Shown here: positions 19,411-28,699 of the stretch, piece by piece
How positions within the stretch are numbered: the stretch's first letter is position 1
How the letters are laid out: the number at the start of each line of letters is the position of its first letter
Source of the DNA: Acidobacteriota bacterium
Lineage (GTDB): Bacteria; Acidobacteriota; UBA4820; DSQY01
Assembly (NCBI GenBank): GCA_037445535.1
Contig: JBBIKI010000001.1
Location: forward strand, 46,325 to 110,324
DNA: 64,000 nucleotides
Reading direction: 5' to 3'
Notes under the pieces: model-generated
Databases searched by the model: none
What the model was told of the DNA's origin: nothing
What the model saw: only the letters and a program-made list of their open reading frames with translations
Program-made: the position numbers and the translations under genes

Positions 19411-20579
19411 GGATGTACCACCAAGGCGCCTTGGCGTCTGGGTGGTTCACTCGTTTTTCCCGCCGTGTAGGCGGCGGCGGGATACCCGACGAAGTGGTAG
19501 AGGTTGGACGGCGCCGTCACGCCGAGCCCCGGCGTTTTCACCGGGAGCTGGGGCCACCCCGCGGAGGTGGCGTAGGCCAAGGGCCAGCCTTGCAAGGTAG
19601 CGCCCTGGGCCGAGGCGAGCTTCTGCAGCAGGAGCAGGCCGAGAGGGACGCAGTAGCGCCCGCACCAGGTGAGGCGGCACTGGGCCGGGTCCTTGGGATC
19701 GCAGAACGTTTCAAAAGCCTGCCGTACCTTGGCGGCGGTCATGGTTCCCGCCAGCGGCCCTGCGAGGAGGGCGCGGTCCATGGCGCAGGCGTGTGTGTAG
19801 GCCTCCACGCCGCCCTCCCCGTGGGGTGTGTAGTTGAAATCGGGGCCGTAGTGCACGCCGTCGGAGGACATCACCACCGCCACATCCCGCCCGAGCACCC
19901 AGCCGCGCGCCTCGAGGCTGGAGCCGAGGGCGGTGCCAAGGTGCGCCGCCAGCGCCTGCATTCGGTTCAAATCCATGACGGGGACCATGACCGGCACGAT
20001 GTCCAGGTCCGGGGTCTGGTGTTTGAGCCAGTAGACGACGGCCTCCACCGAATGCTCCGAATCGTGCATGGCGGCGCTCTGCACCGCGTCCTCCTTGGGG
20101 AGCTTGTCCAGCAGGTCTTCTCTGAGCGAGGAAACGGGCACCTCTCCGTCTGGACTTCGCCACGCCCGGTAGGGGTCGAAGACCAGGGTGTCCTTTGCAC
20201 CGAATTTGCGCCACCCGTGGAATACGCCCAGCACGATGACGTGCTTAGCCTTCACCAGGGGTAGCACGGCCCGGTAGACACGGCCTGCGTAGAGGTAGTC
20301 GTCGTGGGGGCAGACCGCTCCCCAGACGGGGCCGGCGGGTGCGTCTCCGAGTTTGTCCGGGCGGGGTTCCGTGGAGGAGCGGTCCCACACCTCGGCCATC
20401 TGGGGCGCGGTGGAGGCGAATCCCACGGCATCCTTCTGGCCGCGGACACCGCCCTGAGAGGGGAGTCCCATGTCCTTCCGGACTTGGCCGAGTGCGGGCA
20501 GCTCAGGGTGGCCGCCGGTGCCCCCCGCGCGGACCGAGAGAAGGACCGCCACCAGCGCGAGGAACAGCAGAGAGCGCAT
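19407..20579 (-). CDS. MEMO1-family protein (AmmeMemoRadiSam system protein B-like) with N-terminal signal peptide
   Basis: Motifs align to MEMO1: CPHDDYLYAG (PHAGYxY), VLGVFHG (GPSHH), SEHSVEA (DEHSIE), SSDGVHYG (SSDFCHWG) and CGRY (CGRH). N-terminus MRSLLFLALVAVLLSVRA looks like a signal peptide. Overlaps the ALDH stop by 4 nt, convergent. Confidence 0.65.
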   Translation of the reverse strand: MRSLLFLALVAVLLSVRAGGTGGHPELPALGQVRKDMGLPSQGGVRGQKDAVGFASTAPQMAEVWDRSSTEPRPDKLGDAPAGPVWGAVCPHDDYLYAGRVYRAVLPLVKAKHVIVLGVFHGWRKFGAKDTLVFDPYRAWRSPDGEVPVSSLREDLLDKLPKEDAVQSAAMHDSEHSVEAVVYWLKHQTPDLDIVPVMVPVMDLNRMQALAAHLGTALGSSLEARGWVLGRDVAVVMSSDGVHYGPDFNYTPHGEGGVEAYTHACAMDRALLAGPLAGTMTAAKVRQAFETFCDPKDPAQCRLTWCGRYCVPLGLLLLQKLASAQGATLQGWPLAYATSAGWPQLPVKTPGLGVTAPSNLYHFVGYPAAAYTAGKTSEPPRRQGALVVHP

Positions 20580-20600
20580 GGGCTCACCTCCGGCAGGCTG

Positions 20601-21917
20601 CTAGCCTGTGATTTGGGTCCCCTTGGTCTCCGGAAGGGTCCACACCCAGAGGCCCGTGAATAGGGCGAAGAAGGCCCCGATGGAGATGCCAGCCCCCAGG
20701 CCGTTGCTCTGGGCCAGGGGAAGGGTGGTGACCCAGGTGATGATGACCGGCGTGAAGAACTGCGCGCCGCGGGAGAGGTTGAAGGCGACGCCCATGGCGC
20801 TGTTTCGGATGCGTGTGGGGAAAAGCTCGGAGAAAATGGGGCCGTAGCCCGAGAAGTTTCCGGTCCCCAGCCCCACCAGCATCATGAAGGCCAGGGGCAG
20901 CCAGGGGAACCGGCCCGTGGTCCCCCAGAACCACGTGATGCCGAGGAGCCCCAGGGCCCATATCATGGAGTAGGCGGAATAGGCCCACCGGCGCCCCTTC
21001 CAGTCGGCTACCACCCCGAAGGAGAGGTACCCGGCAAAGGCCGCCACTTGGGTGAGAATCATCCACAGGCCGCTCTTCACCAGGGAAAAACCCAGGTGGT
21101 CGTAAAGATACTTGGGCATCCACGTGTAGGTGAACCAGTAGGCGGACATGTCCGCCACGGCCAGGACGAGCCCCAGGAGAAAGAGCTTGCGCAGGAGGCC
21201 GTCGGCGCGAAGCTCGCGCAGGAGCCCCGGCGTGCGGGCCGGCTCGCTTCGCCGGCTGGAGGCCCAAACATCAGATTCGGGCATGTGGCGCCGGATCACG
21301 ACCACGAGGCTTGCGGGGAGGAGGGAGACGAAGAAGCAGGCGCGCCAACCCCAGTCGGGGCCCAGGAAAGACACGAAGAACGGCTCCACGAAGGATCCCA
21401 CTACCGAGGCCAAGAGGATACCGAGGGGGGCGCCCGTCTGCATGACGGCGGCGAACCGGGCCCGCATCCTGGCGGGAAAGGTCTCCCCCACGAGGGTCTG
21501 CCCCGTGGCCCACTCTCCGCCCACGCCGAGGCCCGTCACGATCCTGAAAATGAGAAAGAGCCAGAAAGCGTGGGACATGCCGCAGAGGAAGGTTCCCGCG
21601 GAATAGGTCAGCAGGGTCCAGGTGAGAACCCGCTTGCGCCCGAAGCGGTCCGCCAGGACGCCGAAGATGATGCCTCCCAGCGCCGTGGCCGCGAGGGTGG
21701 TGCCCAGAAGGAGGGAGAGCTCGTAGTCGCTCAGGGCCAAGCTGCGCTTGATGGGAACGAGAAGGAACGACAGGAGCATGAGGTCGTAAAAATCGAAGAG
21801 CCACCCCGCCCAGGCCATGCCCAGAATGACGTAGTGCTTCCTCGTGGGCCGTCCAGTTTGGTTCAGCAGACGGAGCGCGTCCGTTTGGGCCATGGTCCCC
21901 CCCCAGGATGTCTCCAA
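20601..21917 (-). CDS. MFS transporter (sugar/aromatic-acid porter-like)
   Basis: 438 aa, with GRKRVL and twelve predicted TM segments. Confidence 0.8.
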   Translation of the reverse strand: METSWGGTMAQTDALRLLNQTGRPTRKHYVILGMAWAGWLFDFYDLMLLSFLLVPIKRSLALSDYELSLLLGTTLAATALGGIIFGVLADRFGRKRVLTWTLLTYSAGTFLCGMSHAFWLFLIFRIVTGLGVGGEWATGQTLVGETFPARMRARFAAVMQTGAPLGILLASVVGSFVEPFFVSFLGPDWGWRACFFVSLLPASLVVVIRRHMPESDVWASSRRSEPARTPGLLRELRADGLLRKLFLLGLVLAVADMSAYWFTYTWMPKYLYDHLGFSLVKSGLWMILTQVAAFAGYLSFGVVADWKGRRWAYSAYSMIWALGLLGITWFWGTTGRFPWLPLAFMMLVGLGTGNFSGYGPIFSELFPTRIRNSAMGVAFNLSRGAQFFTPVIITWVTTLPLAQSNGLGAGISIGAFFALFTGLWVWTLPETKGTQITG

Positions 21918-22013
21918 GCTAAGCCCGCCTGGGTCCTTTTACAAGCCCGCGAAGGGGGTCCGCCGCCCTCGCGGGGGCAGGGGGGAGTACAATCCTGGCG
22001 AGGAGGGCTGGCC

Positions 22014-22484
22014 ATGAAAGGTGTCTTCGCATGGGCCTTGGGCCTGGCACTCGTGTCCCTCATGGGACCGGCGCCGCGGGGTGCGGCAGGGGCGGACAAG
22101 GGGACGCTGCTGGAGGCGGATATGGCCTTTGCCAGGGCCACGGCCGAGAGGGGCCTGGAGGGATGGCTGTCGTGGTTCGCGCCGGATGCCAGAATCTTCC
22201 CTCCAGGGGAGCCCGTCATCGAGGGGCTGGATGCCATCAAGGCCCACTACCTCAAGACGGGGTTCGATCCCCGGCCGCTGACATGGAAACCGGCCTACGC
22301 CGAACTCAGCGCCTCGGGGGATCTGGGGTACACGGTGGGCTATGCCTCGTGGCCGGGCACGGACGACCAGGGCCGGAAGGTGGCGCATGGCAGCAAGTAC
22401 CTGACCGTCTGGAGGAGGCAGCCCGGCGGCGCGTGGAAGGTGGCGGCGGACATCGGAAACGCTGCGCCTGCCACGCGCCCGTAG
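22014..22484 (+). CDS. Secreted DUF4440/NTF2-like (SnoaL-like) protein
   Basis: ATG at 22014 after AGGAGGG. Signal peptide MKGVFAWALGLALVSLMGPA. C-terminal YLTVWRRQPGGAWKVAAD is typical of DUF4440. The long upstream part of ORF 21048-22484 is antisense to the MFS gene and was rejected. Confidence 0.55.
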   Translation: MKGVFAWALGLALVSLMGPAPRGAAGADKGTLLEADMAFARATAERGLEGWLSWFAPDARIFPPGEPVIEGLDAIKAHYLKTGFDPRPLTWKPAYAELSASGDLGYTVGYASWPGTDDQGRKVAHGSKYLTVWRRQPGGAWKVAADIGNAAPATRP

Positions 22485-22537
22485 GGACAGGTCTTGCATC
22501 GCATGGCCTCTGCGGCCGGCCAGGGGCGGAGAGCACC

Positions 22538-23770
22538 GTGAGCGACCATCCCATTGTGGTCATCGGCGCGGGAGCTTCGGGCCTCATGGCGGCCATCTGG
22601 GCCGCGGGCCGCGGCCGTTCCGTGGTGCTTCTGGAAGGCACGAAGGACGGGGGCCGGAAGATTCTCATCAGCGGCGGCGGCCGGTGCAACATCCTGCCTT
22701 CGGTGGCCGCCCCCGAGCGGTTCGTCACGGATTCCTCCCCCAACGTCCTCAAGAACCTCCTGCGATCCTGGCCCCTCCACGAGCAGCGGCGCTTCTTTGA
22801 GGCGGAGGCAGGTCTCGGCTTGGTGCTGGAGGCGGACACGGGCAAGCTCTTTCCGCGGTCCAACAGCGCGAAAGAGGTCCGCGACGCGCTCGTGGCACTG
22901 GCCCTTCATAGGGGAGTACAGATCCGGTTCGGCGCGCGCGCCGAGGGGCTCGAACCGGGGGCCGGAGCGTGGACAGTGAGCACGGCCACGGAAGGGGCCG
23001 TGACCGCCTCGGCGGTTGTCCTCGCCACGGGGGGCCGGTCCGTTCCCGCCACGGGGAGCGACGGCTGGGGGCTGGACCTCCTCGCGCGCTTGGGACACCG
23101 GATCCATCCGGCCTACCCGGCCCTCACGCCTCTCACGGCCGAGCCTCCGGTCCACGCACACCTGTCGGGCATCTCGCTGGAGGTCGCCCTGGAGGCGCCT
23201 GGACCGAAAAAGAAGATCGCCACGAGGGGCGGCTTTCTCTTCACCCACCGGGGCTACAGCGGGCCGGCGATCCTGAACATCTCCCACGTGGCTGTGCGCT
23301 CCCGGCTTGCGAAGGAGGCGAGGCAGCCCATCTTTGCCAGGTGGACGGAGCTGGACGCCGCCGGTTGGGAGCGGCGGCTTCTTCAGCACCGGGGGGCGGT
23401 GTCCTCCCTGCTGGCGGGGTACATCCCTTCCCGGCTGGCGGAAACGCTTTGCGGGGAAGCGGGGCTTGAAGCAGGGGTGACCACGGCGCAGCTCCGGCGG
23501 GATAAGCGGCTCGCGCTCCTCCGGTGTCTCACGCGGTATTCCTTGCCATGGACAAGCGACGAGGGATATGCCAAGGCCGAGGTGACGGGGGGCGGGGTGG
23601 ATCTGGGCGAGATCGACGCGAAGACCATGGAAAGCCGTCTTCACCGCGGACTCTTTCTTTGCGGAGAATTGCTGGATGCTTTCGGGCCCATCGGCGGCCA
23701 CAACTTCCAGTGGGCCTGGGCCACGGGGCGGGCTGCGGGGCTTGGCGCGGCGGGGCAAGACGGGATCTGA
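22538..23770 (+). CDS. HI0933/BaiN-family NAD(P)/FAD-dependent flavoprotein (aminoacetone-oxidase-like)
   Basis: IVVIGAGASGLMAA and ILISGGGRCNI are diagnostic of TIGR00275-like flavoproteins. About 410 aa from the GTG at 22538. Confidence 0.8.
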   Translation: MSDHPIVVIGAGASGLMAAIWAAGRGRSVVLLEGTKDGGRKILISGGGRCNILPSVAAPERFVTDSSPNVLKNLLRSWPLHEQRRFFEAEAGLGLVLEADTGKLFPRSNSAKEVRDALVALALHRGVQIRFGARAEGLEPGAGAWTVSTATEGAVTASAVVLATGGRSVPATGSDGWGLDLLARLGHRIHPAYPALTPLTAEPPVHAHLSGISLEVALEAPGPKKKIATRGGFLFTHRGYSGPAILNISHVAVRSRLAKEARQPIFARWTELDAAGWERRLLQHRGAVSSLLAGYIPSRLAETLCGEAGLEAGVTTAQLRRDKRLALLRCLTRYSLPWTSDEGYAKAEVTGGGVDLGEIDAKTMESRLHRGLFLCGELLDAFGPIGGHNFQWAWATGRAAGLGAAGQDGI

Positions 23771-23974
23771 GCCCCAAGGCACGAACCCTATCAGAGCATA
23801 AGGCGAGTGGCGCGATCGTACGGCGCAGCGCACATGAGAAACGCGGAGGCAACCCTGGCTCCCACACGGCAGAACACGGTTAGGGAGTCTTTGCGCTCCG
23901 CCGGCTGCTGCTAGAAGGCCCTGTGTTTCCCCTGGTCTCTCGGTGTCCTTGTGTCTTGGTGGTGATGTCTTGTT

Positions 23975-24940
23975 CTAATCAATCCCGCAGGCCCTCCGGG
24001 CGCGGGCGAGGGTGGTGGCGGCGATGGGCTCCACGCGCGCGGCACCTTCGCGAAGGACGTCCTCCACGTAATCCTTGTCCTTGGCGAGCTCCTTGCGCCG
24101 CTCCCTGGCGGGGCCGAAGGTTTCGTCCAGGACTTGGAGGAGGCGCTTTTTGGCGTCGGAGTACTTCAGGCCACCCGCAAGGAAGCGGTTCCGCCATTCG
24201 GACTGCTCCTCCGCCGAGACGAAGAGCTTCAGCAGGTTGAAGACGTTGTTTGAATCGGGGTCTTTGGGCGCGTCCACGGGGGCCGAGTCGGTGACCACGG
24301 AGAAGACCCGCTCCTTGAGCGCCTTCCCCTCCAGGAAGATGTCGATGGCGTTGCCGTAGGACTTGCTCATCTTTTGGCCGTCGATGCCGGGGACCACGCC
24401 CGCCTCGGGCAGGATTCGGTCCTCGGGAATCACAAAGACCTCGGACTGATAAAGGTTGTTAAAACGTCCCGCGATGTCCCTCGTGACCTCCACGTGCTGT
24501 TTCTGGTCTTTGCCCACGGGCACCACGTTGGAGTCCACGAGGAGGATGTCCGCGGCCATGAGCACGGGGTACGCGAAAAGGCCGTGGTCCGCCGGGATGC
24601 CTTTGGCTACTTTGTCCTTGTAAGAGTGGCATCGCTCTAGCAGGCCCATGGGGGTCACGGTGGTGAGGATCCAGGCCAGCTCAGGCACCTGGTGGATATC
24701 GGACTGGCGGTAAAAGGTGCACGTTGTCGGGTCCAGCCCGAGGGCCAGGTAATCCAGGGCCACGTCACGGATGTGGTCGCGAAGGGCCTGGGGCTCCTTC
24801 ACCGTCGTGAGGGCGTGAAAATCGGCGATGAAATAGAACGCCTCGCCCTTGTCCTGGAGATCCAGGTGCTGTTTCATGGCTCCCAGGTAGTTCCCGACAT
24901 GGAGCTTGCCCGAAGGCTGGATGCCCGACAAGATACGCAT
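23975..24940 (-). CDS. trpS: Tryptophanyl-tRNA synthetase
   Basis: MRILSGIQPSGKLHVGNYLGA (HIGH-type) and KMSKS. 321 aa. Confidence 0.9.
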   Translation of the reverse strand: MRILSGIQPSGKLHVGNYLGAMKQHLDLQDKGEAFYFIADFHALTTVKEPQALRDHIRDVALDYLALGLDPTTCTFYRQSDIHQVPELAWILTTVTPMGLLERCHSYKDKVAKGIPADHGLFAYPVLMAADILLVDSNVVPVGKDQKQHVEVTRDIAGRFNNLYQSEVFVIPEDRILPEAGVVPGIDGQKMSKSYGNAIDIFLEGKALKERVFSVVTDSAPVDAPKDPDSNNVFNLLKLFVSAEEQSEWRNRFLAGGLKYSDAKKRLLQVLDETFGPARERRKELAKDKDYVEDVLREGAARVEPIAATTLARARRACGID

Positions 24941-25012
24941 GGAGTCATGCCTCCCCGTGAAGGTTTGGGTACCTGCCGGCGGGGCAGGCCCTCCAGCGCC
25001 AGCGCTGCGCCC

Positions 25013-26017
25013 TCACTGGACGGTGATCAGCACGGGAGCCCCCGTGGCCGATCCCCCAAGAGAATCGGCTACCGAGAGGACCACTTGGTAGATCCCCGAG
25101 TGCGTGTAAGTATGGGTTGGGGTCTGGAGGGCGGAGACCGGTGTCCCGTCGCCGAAGTCCCACTGGTATTGATAGAGCGGTGTGCCACCGGAGGCCGAAC
25201 CGATGAAGGTTATGGTGAGGGGCGTGGGCCCCGAGATCCTGTCCGCGGTGGCCGTGGCCACGAGATCCCAGTCCACGAGGGAAACGGCTTTGGATTTCGC
25301 GAGGCCCGCCGACACCAGCACAGTCCTTACGCTCACGGCGTTTTTAGCTTTGGCCGCCACGCTGATGGCAACGGGGACAACGACCGTGGTGTTAGTCTGC
25401 CCGGCGGCGGCAAGCGTGGGGTACTTCCACGAGGCCACCTTCGCGCCCTTACGGTTTCTGAATTTGAGGACCAGCTTGGCGTGAAGCGGCTTCGACTTGG
25501 GGTTGATGATGCGGTAGGCAATTTGGCTGTCCTGGGTCGTGTAGAGCATGGCCGTGGCCGGGGCATTCAAGAGCCAGCCACTCGATTTGGGGGACACCGG
25601 CGAAGCGATGAGAGTGGCGTCCACGTCATCAAGCCATGGGCCTACCTGGCCCTGCAGCGTCACGGTCTCTCCGATGGCGAACGGGGCGAGCTTGTTCGCC
25701 CCGATGATCACGGTGCAGGCATTGGGTCCAGGAGCAAGATGGAGGAGGGTCCGGTCAAGGGGCACCGAAACGAGGCCATCCTCGGAGACCAGCGTGAAAC
25801 TGGCGGGCAGGCGTTGGTCTAGGGATGAATACACTTCAAAAGAGATGGTGTTGTCCACCTGGACCGACAGATATTCCGGCTGGGCGATGCTCAGGCCGGA
25901 CTCTTGCGCACCCGCCGCCATCGTCGCCATGGCAACCAGAAGCAGAAGAATCCCCGCCGCCAAACCCCACGCCCAACGGTTCGTTGCCTCGCTCATGACT
26001 AGCCCTCCTTCGCCCAC
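25013..26017 (-). CDS. Secreted PKD-domain protein
   Basis: N-terminal TM/signal segment. C-terminal PKD domain LYQYQWDFGDGTPVS...HTYTHSGIYQVVLSVAD. Confidence 0.7.
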   Translation of the reverse strand: MGEGGLVMSEATNRWAWGLAAGILLLLVAMATMAAGAQESGLSIAQPEYLSVQVDNTISFEVYSSLDQRLPASFTLVSEDGLVSVPLDRTLLHLAPGPNACTVIIGANKLAPFAIGETVTLQGQVGPWLDDVDATLIASPVSPKSSGWLLNAPATAMLYTTQDSQIAYRIINPKSKPLHAKLVLKFRNRKGAKVASWKYPTLAAAGQTNTTVVVPVAISVAAKAKNAVSVRTVLVSAGLAKSKAVSLVDWDLVATATADRISGPTPLTITFIGSASGGTPLYQYQWDFGDGTPVSALQTPTHTYTHSGIYQVVLSVADSLGGSATGAPVLITVQ

Positions 26018-26206
26018 TCAAGAAGTGTAAGCCACAGCGGTTCTGACCACAACCCGGTGACCGCCACGGACTGTCTCCGTGACCAACCCCTGTTGTTTCA
26101 GGGCGGGATGGCAAGCCCAGGAGGCAGTGCTGGTACGCCGAAGCCGGTTCCAATTGCCACACCACCCCAAATCCGATATTGTAGTCTCTCTTTCGAAGGA
26201 GAAAGC

Positions 26207-26941
26207 ATGTCGCAGAGAGTGGCGCTCGTAACGGGGGGGAGCCGGGGCATCGGTGCCGCCATCGTGCGAGGGCTCGCGGCGAAGGGGTTCACCGTCGCCG
26301 TGAACTGCCTCAAGAACACGGCGCTGGCGGAGAAGGTCCTGGGGGAGATCGGGGGCCGGGGAGCCGTCTTCCAGGCGGACGCCCGCGATCACGGCCAGGT
26401 GGCCGCCATGGTGAAGGCCGTGGAGGCCAAGCTGGGCCCCGTGGACGCGGCGGTGCACAACGCCAACATTCACTTCCCCATGGGACCGTTCTGGCGCCTG
26501 CCATGGGATGAGGTGCGGGCCAAGCTCGAAGGAGAGCTGGGAGCCTTCCACGCCCTCGCGGCTGCCGTGGGGCCCGGCATGGTGGAGCGGAAGCACGGAC
26601 GTATCGTGGCCGTCTCCAGCAGCCTTTCCCGGTTTGCGAGCGACGGCTTCGGCGCCCACGCCGCGGCCAAGTCTGCCCTCGACGGCGCCGTACGCGTCCT
26701 TTCCCGTGAGATGGGCCCCAGCGGCATCACCGTGAACGTGGTGGCGCCGGGCCTAGTGGAAACAGATGCCACGTCCCGCCAGCCGGAAGAGATGAAGCGG
26801 GCCGTGGCCCTCTTCACGCCTCTTCGGCGCGTCGGGCAGCCCGAGGACATCGGGGGCGTCGTGGCCTTCCTCTGCTCAGAGGAGGCCCGGTGGGTGACGG
26901 GGCAGTACATCCCGCTCAATGGGGGGATCAATACGGTTTGA
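26207..26941 (+). CDS. Short-chain dehydrogenase/reductase (FabG-like)
   Basis: MSQRVALVTGGSRGIGAAI (TGxxxGxG). Its YxxxK is not located in the 244-aa product; NAAKSAL is the candidate catalytic Lys region. ATG at 26207 after GGAGAAAG. Confidence 0.85.
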   Translation: MSQRVALVTGGSRGIGAAIVRGLAAKGFTVAVNCLKNTALAEKVLGEIGGRGAVFQADARDHGQVAAMVKAVEAKLGPVDAAVHNANIHFPMGPFWRLPWDEVRAKLEGELGAFHALAAAVGPGMVERKHGRIVAVSSSLSRFASDGFGAHAAAKSALDGAVRVLSREMGPSGITVNVVAPGLVETDATSRQPEEMKRAVALFTPLRRVGQPEDIGGVVAFLCSEEARWVTGQYIPLNGGINTV

Positions 26942-27033
26942 AAGGGCGAAACGCAAGGCGCGAGACGCACTCAGCCTAGAGTATGTGCGTTCATGAACGC
27001 GGGTCATGGCCCGTGTCCCGAGAGGAGTCTTCG

Positions 27034-28476
27034 ATGATGTACCCGACCTTTGAACAGATGCGCGACGATGTGCATAAGACGGTGGAGCACTGCGGCGAGG
27101 CGGGCAGCCTCAAGGTGACCGATCCCCGGGCATGGCAGGGGCCCCTATGCGATAACGTAGTTTGGACCGCCGTCTTCGCCCCCGATCAGGAGCTTCGGGG
27201 CCGGGCGCGGTTCATCCTCAAGAACGTGGCCCGGGCCTTAGGCATTCACCTTGCCTCCATCCAGGATCTCTACCTCGCCTCGGGACGGGGGGAGGCCGGC
27301 CCCTTCACGGTGCCGGCCATGAACATCCGCGGCCTCAGCTACGACACGGCCCGGGCCTTCTACCGCGCCGCCAACGCCACGTCCTGCGGAGCCTATGTCT
27401 TCGAGATCGCCAGGAGCGAGATGGGCTACACGGACCAGCGGCCCCATGAATACGTGGCGGTCATGCTGGCGGCGGCCATCCGGGAGGGCTTCACGGGCCC
27501 CGTCTTCATCCAGGGGGACCACTTCCAGGCCGCGGCGAAGGGGTATTTCGACAACCCCGGCGCCGAGGTGGACCGGCTCCGTGCCCTCATTCGCGAGTCC
27601 ATCGGAGCGGGCTTCTACAACATCGATATCGATTCCTCCACCTTGGTGGTCCTGGAGCGCGAAGGCCTGGGTGCCCAGCAGCGGGACAACGGAGCCGTCT
27701 GCGCCGGTCTCACCCGGTTCATCCGTGAGCACGAGCCGGAGGGCATCACCGTCTCCGTGGGCGGCGAGATCGGCGAGGTGGGGGGCCACAACAGCACCGT
27801 GGAGGAGTTCGAAGCCTTTATGGGCGAGTACCGCAAGGGCTTAGGAGAGGGCGTTCAGGGCATCTCCAAGATCTCGGTCCAGACGGGCACCAGCCACGGC
27901 GGCGTGGTCCTCCCAGACGGGACGGTGGCCAAGGTCAAGCTCGATTTCGGCGTCCTCAAGGCCATTTCCGATTCGGCCCGCAGCCGTTATGGGCTAGGCG
28001 GGACGGTGCAGCACGGGGCCTCCACCTTGCCCGACGACATGTTCCACCAGTTCCCGCAAAACGGCGCCGTGGAAGTCCACTTGGCCACGGGCTTCCAGAA
28101 CCTTGTCTACGATCACCCCGCCCTGCCCGCCCAGTTCAAGGCTCACGTATACGACTATCTGAGGGGCGCCTGCGCCAAGGAGCGCAAGGAGGGTGAGACG
28201 GAGGAGCAGTTTCTCTACAAAACTCGCAAGAAGGGCTTCGGCGGCACACTGAAGCGGCAGTGGTGGTCCCTCCCCTCGGGGGTGCGCGAGGAGGTAGGAG
28301 CGGCCCTGGAGGCCAAGTTTGCTTTCCTCATCGGCCAGCTCGGCGTGAGAGACACGAAGGGGACGGTGGCCCGCTTGGTGAAGACCGAGGCGCCCGCCCC
28401 GGACCGGGAAGCGGAGATCGCCGCCTGCAAGACGGTGGTAGTGGAGGCGCCCGAATCCAATCCGAGGGCGGACTGA
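27034..28476 (+). CDS. Class II fructose/ketose-bisphosphate aldolase family protein (long form)
   Basis: FIQGDHF, GEIGEVGG and TSHGG metal-binding motifs of class-II aldolases. About 480 aa with a C-terminal extension. RBS AGAGGAG before the ATG at 27034. Confidence 0.8.
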   Translation: MMYPTFEQMRDDVHKTVEHCGEAGSLKVTDPRAWQGPLCDNVVWTAVFAPDQELRGRARFILKNVARALGIHLASIQDLYLASGRGEAGPFTVPAMNIRGLSYDTARAFYRAANATSCGAYVFEIARSEMGYTDQRPHEYVAVMLAAAIREGFTGPVFIQGDHFQAAAKGYFDNPGAEVDRLRALIRESIGAGFYNIDIDSSTLVVLEREGLGAQQRDNGAVCAGLTRFIREHEPEGITVSVGGEIGEVGGHNSTVEEFEAFMGEYRKGLGEGVQGISKISVQTGTSHGGVVLPDGTVAKVKLDFGVLKAISDSARSRYGLGGTVQHGASTLPDDMFHQFPQNGAVEVHLATGFQNLVYDHPALPAQFKAHVYDYLRGACAKERKEGETEEQFLYKTRKKGFGGTLKRQWWSLPSGVREEVGAALEAKFAFLIGQLGVRDTKGTVARLVKTEAPAPDREAEIAACKTVVVEAPESNPRAD

Positions 28477-28480
28477 TTCT

Positions 28481-28537
28481 GGGGACAAGGGACAGGGGAC
28501 AAGGGGCAGGGGGCAGGACGGGGGGGCGCGTCCGGGG
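28481..28537 (+). repeat. G-rich degenerate tandem repeat (GGGGACAA-like units) / G-quadruplex-forming tract
   Basis: GGGGACAAGGGACAGGGGACAAGGGGCAGGGGGCAGGACGGGGGGG starts 5 nt after the aldolase stop. Seven G-runs of at least 3 within about 55 nt. Confidence 0.6.
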
Positions 28538-28552
28538 TTCGTGAGCAAACTC

Positions 28553-28581
28553 TTGACTAATGAGCCACTTGGAGGGATAAT
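28553..28581 (+). promoter_or_regulatory. Predicted sigma70-type promoter for yajC-secDF (TTGACT-N17-GATAAT)
   Basis: -35 TTGACT at 28553-28558, a 17-nt spacer, and -10 GATAAT at 28576-28581. A near-consensus hexamer pair in an otherwise GC-rich region. Confidence 0.4.
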
Positions 28582-28699
28582 CCGGGTTCGGAACGCTGGA
28601 AGTCCGGTGTTCCGCTCTCCGGATTTGGCCGCCTGGGACCGGAAGCGGTCCGGCGGAAGCTCCGGGCGCCGGGAGGCGCGGAGGGCCCGGCGGGGCCGT

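Noticed and set aside
21048-22013. N-terminal 320 codons of ORF 21048-22484
   Set aside because: This part is antisense to the MFS transporter gene and low-complexity. The real gene starts at the ATG at 22014 with an RBS and signal peptide.
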